A stretch of DNA of 64,000 bases from the human T2T-CHM13v2.0 reference genome, Homo sapiens. This document shows, piece by piece, positions 1 through 12,990 of the stretch (positions are counted from its first letter, which is position 1; every line of letters begins with the position of its first letter). The notes beneath the pieces are model-generated. The model did no database searches, was not told the origin of the DNA, and was given only the letters and a program-made list of their open reading frames with translations. The stretch is taken from the NCBI RefSeq assembly GCF_009914755.1, contig NC_060927.1, one strand, 5' to 3'. Made by a program: the position numbers and the translations under genes.

Positions 1-1149
1 TTCAGTGAGGAAAATGATATCTTGAGAAATTAAGTATTTGCTTTTAATTACCCAGCTTGTAAGCGTAGGCTCAAGACTTACACATAAGAAATCTGGCTTC
101 TTTTCTGGTTTTGGTCTTTACAGAAAAGATAGAGAATAACTGTAAAATTACCCCTTCCATTTTTACCCACACGGCTCACATGTTCATTTAAATTACCCCC
201 TCCATTTTCTACCCATAAAGCTCACATATTAGTTTATGTTTTATCATTTTATGGGTAAAGGTGTTTTAATAAACTTTTACATCATATTCACACTTTATAA
301 AAATAAAATAATGCCTATTCCTCTAGGGTATGAACAGATTGCTGGATATTAAGCCATTTGTCTCTCACTTTCACATCTAACCTTCTTTACTCTGCTTTGT
401 AATGCTTATTTATTTCTCTTGCAGAAAGCATGTTATAGTGCCTTATGGGATGTCTACAAATATTTGTTTAATCAAATTGAGCTAATATTTATGTAGGAAA
501 CATTTTATTCTGCAACAATTAAGGCAAACAGATATATGTGTGTAAGTATTCACATGGGTTTCCACTGTAGTTTTGAAAGCTCAGTTTCCAAAGTTTAGAT
601 GTGTTTAGCCTTACTGTAGACTTCACTCTTAAGGTGTTGATGGAAATCAACAACCAGCTGCAAAATTCAGATCCAGTATGCCATAGGATACATGTAGCCA
701 CGGTTTAAACCAAATGTTAGCAATGAAATATTTAGTAGCAACTGTTCTTTTAAAAGAAACATTTTAGATAATTAGAGTCGTCTTGTAATATCTTATACCC
801 AGCTGTCAGCTTTTTACTTTTTCTGCCAATATTTCTGGAACTGAAACCAAGAAAATGGAAATTAGGGCACCACACTTTGAAATGTATTAAACACTTGAAA
901 AACTGTTATATCTTATAGGATTTCCAAAAAGAGTTCTTCAGTGCCTCAGAAGATTTTTATAAAAAGCAATTATCTACAATAACCCTCCCCAGTATTAAGC
1001 TGAAATATACACATACCTTAGTAAATAATAGGAGCATTTGGGAAGTGGAAGAATTGCCTCTTAATAGCTACTGGACTTGAAGATTATTAAATTTGAGCAT
1101 TCTAATTCCATTTTTGAAAGTTTCTGATATTGTTTCTTAATTTTGTTAC

Positions 1150-3600
1150 CATGTTTAATCAGTATCTCACTAGCCTTTCATTCATTTCTTTAGCTTCTGT
1201 TACTATCTTTCTACTTTTAAGATACTCATATCTTCATTTTCTGCCACATCAACTTTCAGTAATATTCCTGATTCCTCACTATGTTAGACAGTGATAATAG
1301 TGTCTCATTCTTCCTTTCAAGTCTTTCCCACCCTTCTACAAAATGTTATATATAATTACTTTTTAAATTGTCAAGTATTGATAACATTTGCATTCTGTTC
1401 TATAACCATATTTAAATCCTCTTTCTTTTTAACTATAGATAGATTGTAATAGTTGAACCTAGTACTATTTACATTAATATTATATAAAAATGTTTCACTT
1501 TACAACCAAGTAGAGTGCTACAGTTGGATTTCTTTCTCTGAATCTGTGTCCAGCATCATGAACTACGCAATGAATATTCTTTGCATTCAGATCATATGGT
1601 TTATCTTTTCATATATTCCACATACTGCTCAAAATTGTGCTCTTTTGCTTCATTTTTAGCATGATGTTATACATTTTTTGTTTTCCCCTAAAGTTTCCAA
1701 TTACTTTTCTTTTTTCTATTGTGAAAACCATAAAAACGGTATTCAGCGTGCCATTAGTGCTGCTGGACTCCTCAGTTCTTCATCTGTTGCTTCAAACCTG
1801 TTGTATTGTTTTTCCTGAATACTTTTTACTCTGGAATTCAGATTTCATCTTCAAGTTTGGGCATATTACTTTCTGTAATTAAAGTTTATCTCAGGACTGC
1901 TTTTTCTTAATGATTTGTTTACGTTATTTGACCACTGGTTCAGTTCCACCATTTCTAGCATGTGGTCTCTTCCTCTTTCTTGACCTCCACCTTTGGTTGG
2001 CTAGAGTAATTAATCAATTAAGTGCCTTAGAATTGGTTCAGGGGAAGTAAAACTTTGGAAAACTAATTGTCTGAAAAGACTTTTATTTTTTCTTTACACA
2101 TGATAGTTTGCTGAGTATAGAATTCCTGGTCAAATTGTTTTCCAGCATTTTAATTACTGCATTGTTTTTTACTTGTTATTGATGAGAATAGCATTGCCAG
2201 TCAGATAATTTTTCTTTTGCAGATTACTTGTTTTTCCATCTCTGAAAGCTTTTAAGCTTTTATCTCTATCTTTTATTGTCTAGTATAGTTCTTTACATTT
2301 ATTCTGCCCACTGGTCCCTTTTAATCTAAACATGTAAGTCTCTCCAGCTCCCAGATGTTTTTCTTTTATATCTTTAATTTCCTTTCTTCCATTTTTCTCT
2401 TACCTCAGAACTTGTGCAATAAGGAAGTATTCAGTTGTTGAACCTCTTTGATTTATTGTATATCTTTTTCACCCTTGTTTCATTATGTCTGTCTTTTTGC
2501 TCTATGTTCTAGCAATTTTTTAAATTTTGCAAATATAGGTGAAATGTTATATCCTTATGATTTTATTTTTATATTGTGTTTGTTATTCTATTAAGATTCA
2601 TTTCAATATAAGGTATAAATTGGAAACCCACTCTTTTTTCCCAAATGTCTAGCCGTTTCCAGGTGGTCTCTTCCCTATTGATTTGAAATGATACCTTTAT
2701 CATGTAACACATTCTGTGTCTATTTTTTTAATTTCTGGGTTTTTTTTCCTTTTGTCTGGCTCTTTATGAGCCGTATCTTACCATTGTGATTATTGTAGTT
2801 TCATAATTTTTTTTTCTAGAGAAGAGAAGGTTTGGTTAAACTTTTGAGATGTTTATTTATTTTCCCACGTCAACAATCATGGACTATCATGTTATGTTTA
2901 TGAGTGGCTGAGTCATATCTCCTGAGGAAAACATAGCACCATTGAGTGCTACAGCATCCTATAGAGAACTTCAGTTTTTGGTCATACTGTTAAGACCTCT
3001 TGGTTTCACAGCCCCACAAGCCCTCTTTGAAGTGACCTATCCAGTAGGGCTAGACCTTTCTCTCCCCCTGCCTTCTCCCCTCCCCTAATTTTTCTGGTCT
3101 CCTGCAATTTTTTTTTAAACATTAGAATCAGCATGCTTAATTCTACACACAAACACAAAAATCCTATTGGCATTTTATTGGGATTACATCATATGTGTAG
3201 ATTATCTAAGGAAGAATTGACATTTTGGGAATTGGTTGTCTTCCTATCCGAGAATGTGGAATGTTTTTCCATGTCTTCAATCTTTTGTGTTACTTGGGAG
3301 CATTTTAAAGTTTTCTTCGTTTATTTTAAAGCAGTTAAAATTCATTTTTTTTCAGTTCACGTGACTAATCAATTCTACCAGGACCGTCTATTAAATAATC
3401 TGTCCTAATTAAGGTTCTGGGGTTTTTCCCTATACAAAATTGCAGCAACTATTGTACTTAAGTTTGTTTCTGAACTCAGTTCTGTTCTCTGGATCTGCAT
3501 GGGCCAATACTATTCTATTTTTATAACTAAGGATTTAATACCTACTTAGGCTAGCCCCTTCTCATTACTCTTCTTTCAAACATTCAGTATATTAAAAGCT
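1150..3600 (-). mobile_element. Highly decayed L1 (L1M-type) fragments, antisense; boundaries approximate
   Basis: T-rich, with recognisable reversed L1 phrases (gatagtttgctgagtatagaattc; ggcattttattgggattacat...aagaattgacat). Confidence 0.5.
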
Positions 3601-3873
3601 GTTATAATACTTCTTACTCTGTTTTAGAGGTGGACATAGACATTACACACATACAAAAAAACTGCAAGCCAATCTCACTTAAAGTATTAGTTATCTTAAA
3701 TAAAATATTAGCAGATTCAGTAGTTTGTTAAAACACACACACATACCATAGCCAAATGGCATTTATTCTGGAAATACAAAGGTCATTTTAATCTTAGGAA
3801 ATCTGTAACAGACATTAATTCTCTCTCTTTCCCTGCCTCCCTTCCTCCCTCCCTCTTCCTTTCTCCAGCACAG

Positions 3874-3896
3874 ACATGCACATGCGCGTGCACACG

Positions 3897-3929
<33 letters not shown>

Positions 3930-3930
3930 G
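3874..3930. repeat. (GC)n/(CA)n alternating purine-pyrimidine microsatellite
   Basis: acatgcacatgcgcgtgcacacgcgcgcgcgc(ac)n g, 57 nt of unbroken alternation. Confidence 0.95.
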
Positions 3931-4459
3931 ACCTTAGTAAAATAGGGATAGAAAGCTATTCTTTGACGTACTAAGTAATAGATATACCAAACTAGAAGCT
4001 TCAGTCAGGCTTAATAATGAAAGACTCGCATTGTCATTCATATTACGAATAATTCAAGAAACAATCAATAGCTATTTTTTTGCCTTGCTTTTGTAAGGGA
4101 AAAAAGTAATATAAAGGAGAAGACATATTCGCAAATTTTAATTTCCTGTATCAGTTTCTCCTGACCACTCACTCACATTCTCCCCAAAGTGAAGCCAATG
4201 TTGGTAACGGAGTGAATTCTAGTGGGGGACATTGGAGGGGATATAGAAATACGTTTGTTCATATATGCTTTTTAACACAGATTTTTAATTGTATTAGTAT
4301 AAAAGTGTGATAAACATGCTTTCATTTTAAATATCTTCTGAACCTATAAATTATATTCCCCTTTTAAATTTTTGTTTAATTTTTATCATCAAAATAAATG
4401 TATCTTCCAGTAAGGACAGTGTGAGGAGGTTGGATGATTTCCTTCTTCAGAAAACAGGC

Positions 4460-7100
4460 ATCAAAATACTGGAGTAACTGTGTTAATGTCAGCCAAAATA
4501 GATTGTAAGAAAAGGAGTATTATTAGAGATAAAGAGGAACATTTCAAAATTATGAAGTGACAAATATGGCAGGAAAATATAAAAATTCTAAATGTATATG
4601 CACTTAAGAGAGGCACAAAATGCATGAAACAAAGATTGATAGAACTGAGAGATGAAATAGGCAATTCAATATTTAGAAGAGTTGGAGATTTTAATACTCT
4701 TCTCTCAACAGTTGATAGGATAAGTAAACAGAAAACAGGATACAGAAGACAGGAATAAAGCAATCAGCCAACTCAATCTAATTGACATCTGCAGAATACC
4801 CAACAACAGTAGAAAACACATTATTCTAAAGTGCATTGGTAACATTAGCCAGGGTGAATAGTATACTGGCCCACAAAAATGAAATGTTTTAATAAATATG
4901 GAAGAATTGAAATTATATGGTATGTTTTGCAACTACAAAGGAATTAAAAATCATGGAGAGAAATAAGGAAGAAATAAGTAAAATCCCCAAATATGTGCAA
5001 ATGAATACTATTTCTGAGTAACCCATGGGTGAAAAAAGAATTCACTGGGCAAAATAGAAAATATTTTTAACTGAGTGAAAATGAACACAAAATGTAAGAA
5101 AATATTTGGTATGTAGCTCTCAGGCAGTGCTAAGAAAGAAATGTTTGGCTTTAAATGCTTATGCCAGAAAGGAAGAAAGGTTAAAAAGTCAATTATCTAA
5201 GCTACTACCTTAAGAAGCTAGAAAAGAAAGAGTAAAGTGTACCAAAGTAAGTAGAAGAAAGGGAGTAATAAAGATCAGAACAGAAATCAAGGAAATCAAA
5301 AGCTGGTTCTTTAAAGAGTTCAGTAAATCTTTAGCTAAAATGAACAAGAAGGGATGTAAATTAGAAATACTGAGAATGAAAGAATGGGTATTACTACAGA
5401 TACTATAAATACTAAAAAGATAAAGGAATATTATGAACAAGTTTACAACAACCAATTTGGCAACTTAGATGAAATGAACAAATTCTTTGAAAGATACTAA
5501 TTACCAAAACTGACTCCAAAAGAAGTAGAAAATCTAAATAGACCTATATAGAGTAAATAAATTGAATTAGTAGTTTAAAACTTCCAATAAAGAAAATCTG
5601 GGCTTTAATGGCATAGCTAGTAATTCTGTCAGACACCAAAGGAAGAAAAAAATACAAGTCCCAACCACATTTTCAGAAAAGCAGGAGGGAGGAGAGCATC
5701 ACAATTCATTTTATGAGGACAGTATTACTAGATACCAAAGCCAACACAAAGGCATCCCAAGAAAAGAAAACTAGCAGCCAGTATTCCTCATAAATGTAGA
5801 CACAAAAATCCTTAGCAAAATATTAGCATGTTTAATTAGCAATATTATATTTAAAAGGATAATACTATAATCATGGTCAAGTAGGATTTATCCCAGCAAT
5901 GCAAGGCTCACTTAACTTAGAAATATCAATTCTGTGTAATATACCATACTAATAAGATATATTTGAAAAAAAAGTGATCATCTCAATAGATGCAGAAAAG
6001 TATTTGACAAAATTCAATACAAATTATAATAAAAACTCTTAGCAAGCTAGGAATTGAAGGCAACTTCCTCAACCTGATAAAGAATGTCTGTGAAAAAAAA
6101 AATCATACTTCATGGTGAATGATTTTATAGTTTTCCACTTAAGATGAAGAACAAGGCAAGGATGTTTGCTCTTACTGCTTTTATTCAGCATTATCCTGGA
6201 GGTCCTAGCTAATGCAGTAAGGCAAGAAAAAGAAATTTAAAGGATATTTGGAATGGAAAGGAAGAAGTAAAACCAAATAGATGGCATTTATACAGAAAGT
6301 TCTAAAGAATCTACCAAAAAGAAAAAAAAAAAATACTAGAACTAACAAGTGACTTAGGCAAGGCTGTAGAGTAAAAGATAACAAACAGGAATTAATTATA
6401 TTTCTAAACACTAGCAATGAACCATCCAAAAATGAAATTAAAAAACCATTTACAGTAGTATTGCATAGCTAAATACTTAGTAATAAGAATAGATACACAA
6501 ACCTGTACACTGAACACTACAAAATATTGTTGATGGAAGTTAAAGAAGAACTAAGTTAATTGAGAGGTACACTATATTCATGAATTGGTACACTATGTTC
6601 AGTGCAGTCCCAGTCAAAATCTTGTCAGATTTTCTCATAGAAATTGACAGGCTGGTTTTAAAATTTATATGGAAGTGCAAAAAACATAACCACACATAAA
6701 AACTATAAAATCTGAACACTTACAAGTACCTGATTTGTACTTGCTATAAAGCTACAATAATCAAAATAGTACAGTATTAGCATAAGGATAGACATATAGA
6801 TGGATGAAAGAGATTTGAAAATCTAGAAAGAGTAATTCTTAATATAGTAATATTTTTCAATTAATTTCTTATTTTGGACAATTGGTATATCCTATAGATC
6901 TTTTTCCCGTGATTTAATGAAATGTAACATTTATAATAATTTTCTTTTTATTGAACATTTTTGCTTTGTATATTATATGTTACCTTATTTGTTAATAAAA
7001 ACACATAAATAAACTTGGTTAGGTATTATTTATGTGGTAACTGATTTTCAACAAAGGTGCCAAGGTAATTCAATGGGAAAAGAATAGTCTTTTCAAAAAA
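4460..7100 (+). mobile_element. Old L1 (L1M) ORF2 remnant, sense, covering endonuclease to RT; many stops and frameshifts
   Basis: A-rich; ggagtaactgtgttaatgtcagccaaaatagatt...agagataaagaggaacatttc (EN domain); atcatctcaatagatgcagaaaagtatttgacaaaattcaa (RT, IISIDAEK.FDKIQ). Confidence 0.88.
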
Positions 7101-7106
7101 AAGAAA

Positions 7107-7438
<332 letters not shown>

Positions 7439-7494
7439 TTATTAAAAATGGATTGATGGTTCATAGACCTAAACTTCAGTTCTTACCCCAGTAA

Positions 7495-7933
<439 letters not shown>

Positions 7934-8018
7934 TAATTTATACCTCAGGTAAAGCTAAAATAAAGTAATACATGCATATTATTTTCAAATTACAACTGAA
8001 AGGTTAATAAAAACATCA

Positions 8019-8311
8019 GGCCGAGCATGGTGGCTCATGCCTGTAATCCCAGCACTTTGGGAGGCTGAGGTGGGCGGGTCATGAGGTCAGGAGTTCGAGA
8101 CCAGCCTGGCCAACACAGCGAAACCCTGTCTCTACTAAAAATACAAAAAAATTAGCTGGGCATGGTGGCAAGCACCTGTAATCCCAGCTCTCGGGAGGCT
8201 AAGGCAGGAGAATAGCTTGAACCTGGGAGGCGGAGGTTGCAGTGAGCCGAGATTGTGCCACTGCACTCTCTAGCCTGAGCAGCAGAGCTAGACTCCATCT
8301 CAGAAACAAAC
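8019..8311 (+). mobile_element. AluS (Sg-like), TSD aaaacatcag
   Basis: Full dimer flanked by direct repeat aaaacatcag. Confidence 0.93.
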
Positions 8312-8339
8312 AAAACATCAGTTCATTACTGTATCTCAC

Positions 8340-11130
8340 TTCCCCCCCATTCCCTCTCACAACTTTGTCTTGTCTCATGTCATGCTTCAGGAAACCACTT
8401 TCAACTATTTAAGCTACTACTTCTGGTATTTGCCACCTTATAATAATGGGGTATATTGCTCTGTCTTGGTCCACCAATATTTGACATTATTCATTAGTTT
8501 TCTCTTATAATTTTAATGCTCATATCTTCCTTTGCCTTATCTCATCATCCTATATTTAATCATTACTGGTTAAATCCACATTTAGTTATTTCATTATTCA
8601 ATGACCATATAGTAATAAAGCAAATGCTACATGGGGTTATATTTTTTCTGTTACAACTTTCTTGTTGTTTTTTAATTAATTGCTTCATCTCAGAAATCTG
8701 CTTAGTTACCATTGTGTCTGAATTTGTCTTTCCATGGGCTTCAATCCATCTTTGCAATAACTCTCACATGTGATAATTAGTTTGGTTATTTTCCTATAAT
8801 ATCCTTCATAGAGCCTTCAGTATTTCTGATTTAATCTTGATTGCTTGCTAGGTCTGTTTCACAGCTGTTATCTCAAGACTCTTTTTTGTCTTCATCCTGG
8901 AAATTCCCTACACCTGCTTCCTGTGTTGAAGCATTGATTCCTCCTATGCCCCATACCTTCATGGTTGACTACCTCATTCTATAGGAGCTTATCCTCTCGT
9001 GGCATCTTGAAGAGAGATAACTGGGAGGTAATTTTTTTGAGATTTTACATACCTGAATATGTGTTATTCTACTCCTACAATTATGTGATATTTTAAGTGA
9101 GTGTAGAATGCTAGATTGAAAATCATTTTTACCCAGATATTGCTCTGGTATCTTCCAGCTTTCAATTTTGCTAGAGTTCTAAGTGCCACTCTGTTTCCTG
9201 ATTTTTTATTTATTCTTTTTTCTCTCTGTCTGGAAGTGATTAATCTCTTCTCTTCATTTTATGGTATGGTACCTTGGTGTGCATCGTTTATCTGTTGTGC
9301 TGTGTACTCCGTAAGTCCCTGCTGCTTGCAGACTTACATTCTTCTCGGAAGTATCCTTGCCTTTTTTGGTAGTTCCCTCTCCTTTGTTTTCATTATTCTC
9401 TCTGGAACTCCTACTAGCCAGATACTACACTTCCTAGATTGTTTTTCTAAATTTTTACCATTCCCTCCTCTTACTCATCCCTTTCTTTTTATTCTGCCTT
9501 CTGGAAAATTGCCTTAACTTTAACTTCAAACATTTGTTGATTTTTTTTTTTTTTCAGTTCTTATTCTCTGGTCTTATTGGTTCCTCTGCATAAGGATGCA
9601 GTCTTTTATCTTTACAGTTTCTTTGACATTTTCCTCTGTCCCATCATTCTCTGTTTCTCACCACTTCTGTTTCATTTTGGTCTCAATCTTTAATATTGGA
9701 GACATTCCTCAAATGCATGAAGATCCTCAGTGGTCATTTATATTTAAAAGATGTGAAAAGCTGACCGAAAGCTCTGGGTGTGAAGTCAGAGCTCTTGTCT
9801 ATTGGTAAACTATGCTGTAGGAAATCTTCATATCACAATTTTTCTTTAGGTTAGTTTTGTTTTCTCTAGTTTTGAATCCTTTCCAGAGGAAATCTATAGT
9901 CTTCTCTGTGGGGGCTGCTTATGTTTTAGAGAAATACTGAAGAAAGGGACTTTGGGTCTCTTTAGAGTTGCACATAATCTTCTGGTTTTAGTCATATCTA
10001 CTTCTGTATCTATTGAAGTCCAAAGCATCTTGAGTTTAGTTTTTCCAGAAATTATGCCTTCTGATTTCTGCATGATTGGGAAGTCACTGAGTACACCAAC
10101 TGGAGTTGGAGACCTGGAATTCCAGTAGTTCCAGGAACCTCCTAGTCCTGAACTTAATGGGGTTTCATGAGAATTGACTGGCTTCTTTAGGCACTTAAAT
10201 TTAACATTCCTCACCTCTGGTGAGGTTTTTGTTTGTTGTTTGTTTTTTCTCCCTGTCTTTGTATATTATGGTTTAGGGTTACAGTTTTCCAGCTTCATCA
10301 AAAAAAGAGTTTTTCTCATTCTCCTTGTTTAGAAATGATTGGTGACACAAAGGTCTGTACTCTGATATTTTAAGATCCGAAGTGTATTCTACCCCTTTTT
10401 TATAAACTATTTTGCAGCTGTTCCTTCACGACTTTGCTACATCTTGGAGATCTTTTCATGTCAGTACCTACAAGTCTATATCATTGATATTATCAGCTAT
10501 ATAGTACTCCATAAAATGCTTTATTATAATTTATGTAATCATCTTCCTATTGATGAAGATTTTGGTGGTTTCTAGTTTTTGCTTTCATGAATATTGTTGC
10601 AATGAATATTGTTTGGCTTACTTTTGGGTGAATTTTTACAAAGACATCCATATAATAAGTTCCCAGTAGTGGGGTTGCCTAATCTAAGAATAAGTGTATT
10701 TAAAATTTGAATCATATTGTCAGACTGTCTCCCAGAAAGTTTACATTCCTACCAACAATCTGAGAGAGCTGTCTTTGCAGTTACTAGGTTTCATCAAACT
10801 TGTTTTTTTCAGTATGGTAGGTTTAAAAATGGGGATACATTTTTGTTTTTATTTGCATTTTTAAATATTTTCTTAGGTTAGTTGGCTACTTAAATTTCTT
10901 TTTCTGAAAACTTTGTATTTATAGCCTTTTAAAATTCTTATTGACTTGCCTGAACTATTTGTAAATTACAGAAATTAGCCCTTTGTCGTATGTGTTGCAG
11001 GTGCTTTTCCAGTTTGCCAGTGGTCATTCATTTTGGTTTATGGTACTTTTGATAGACCAGAATCTTTGACTTTTATTTAGTGAGATTTATCCATCTTTTT
11101 CTGTGTGGCATCTTGGTATTATAGCATTAA
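8340..11130 (-). mobile_element. Decayed L1 (L1M/L1ME-type) fragments, antisense; boundaries approximate
   Basis: Reversed L1 3'-end phrases (ttggagatcttttcatgtcagtac; cttcctattgatgaagattttggtggtttctagttttt) and T-rich composition. Confidence 0.55.
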
Positions 11131-11137
11131 TATTCTC

Positions 11138-11442
11138 TTTTCTTTTTTTTTTTTTTTTTTGAGATGGAGTCTCACTCTGTCGCCCAGGCTGGCGTGCAGT
11201 GGCCTGGTCTCCACTCACTGCAACCTCCGCCTCCTCGTTTCAAGTGATTCTCCTGCCTCAGCCTCCTGAGTAGCTGGGATTACAGGCATCTGCCACCACA
11301 CCCAGCTAATTTTTGAATTTTTAGTAGAGATGGGGTTTCATCATGTTGGTCAGGCTGGTCTCAAACTCCTGATCTCAGGTGATCCGCCCGCCTTGGCCTC
11401 CCAAAGTGCTGGAATTACAGGCATGAGCCACCACGCCCAGGC
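11138..11442 (-). mobile_element. AluSx-like
   Basis: poly-T, gagatggagtctcactctgtcgcccaggctgg ... gagccaccacgcccag. Confidence 0.95.
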
Positions 11443-11765
11443 TATAGTTTTTCTTTATCTGAACAATAACTAATTATAAAGTATAGTGGAAGAGAAAAAC
11501 CCATTCAGAAAATTAACAAAAAGATCACTTATCTAGAAATAAACTTAAACCATAGCAGAGCTTACATGAAGAAATCTTTTAAAACTGAGCAAGGATTTGT
11601 TGGACAGGACACAGCACTAATCTCAAAAGAAAATTTGATGAATAGGTCTTATTCATAGTTTTTGCTCATCAAAAGACAGCATTAAGAAAATGAATAGACA
11701 AGCCACAGAATGAGTTAAAAAAACAGAAATTCCCAGCATTTACAAGGGATTAAAGATGTGTATCA

Positions 11766-12110
<345 letters not shown>

Positions 12111-12440
12111 CTCAGAAATTAACATTTAAAAAATTATGAACTACTTAATATAAAAATGGGCAAAAGACTCGAGCAGACATTTCACAGAAGATATACAAAT
12201 GGCCAATAAGCACATGAAAAGATTTCCACCATCATTATTAGTCATCAGTAAATGCAAATTAAAACCATGATAAGATACCACTACAAATTCAAACCATCAT
12301 GAGATACCCACTAGAATAGCTGAAATAAAAGTGACTGATACTACTGAATAGTTATGATATAGACCAACTGGAATTCTAACTTATTGCTGGTGGGAATATA
12401 AGAACTATTTCTTATAAAGTTAAACATAACATTTACCTAA

Positions 12441-12990
12441 TGTGTCAGGAGGTTCCCAGAATCATCCCTAGGTTCCATGGTTCGCTAGGACAACTCACAG
12501 GACTCAGCATGATGTCGTACTCATGGCTCTATCACTTACTACAATGAAAAGACACAAAGCACAGTCAGCAAAGGGAAAAGGTGAATGGGGCAAAATCCAG
12601 GGGAGACCAGGTACAAGCTTCCAACAATCCTCTTCCGTAGAGTCTCACAAGACACACTTAATTCCCCCAGCAAAGAGCTGTGACAATACTTGTGAAATCT
12701 AACCAGCCAGGGAAGTTCGCTACAGATTCAGTGCCCAGGGCTTTTACCGGGGTCTGATCATACCCTCTGCTCAGCGCACACCCAAATTCCAGACTCCCAA
12801 AGGAAAGCAGGTATTAAGCATAAACCATATTGTTATCATAAATGCTTTAGACACATGGAGCCAGTCTTATCAGATGGGAATCAGGGTAGGAATCCTCCTA
12901 AAATCCAAGATCCAAGTTCCCAGACACCAAGCCAGCCTTGCAAACAGGCTTTTTTAAGGATAAGCATAAGAATATTAACTCTTTTCTGCA
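12441..12990. mobile_element. Solo LTR (ERVL class; LTR40/MER77/MER21-like) nested in L1
   Basis: TG...CA termini; GC-richer block ttcgctaggacaactcacaggactcagcat...agcaaagggaaaagg interrupting an A-rich L1. Confidence 0.7.

Noticed and set aside
4461-6429. Hydrophobic Phe/Leu/Ile-rich minus-strand ORFs resembling membrane proteins (also 9116-9517 on +)
   Set aside because: Translation of the T-rich strand of decayed L1; a composition artefact
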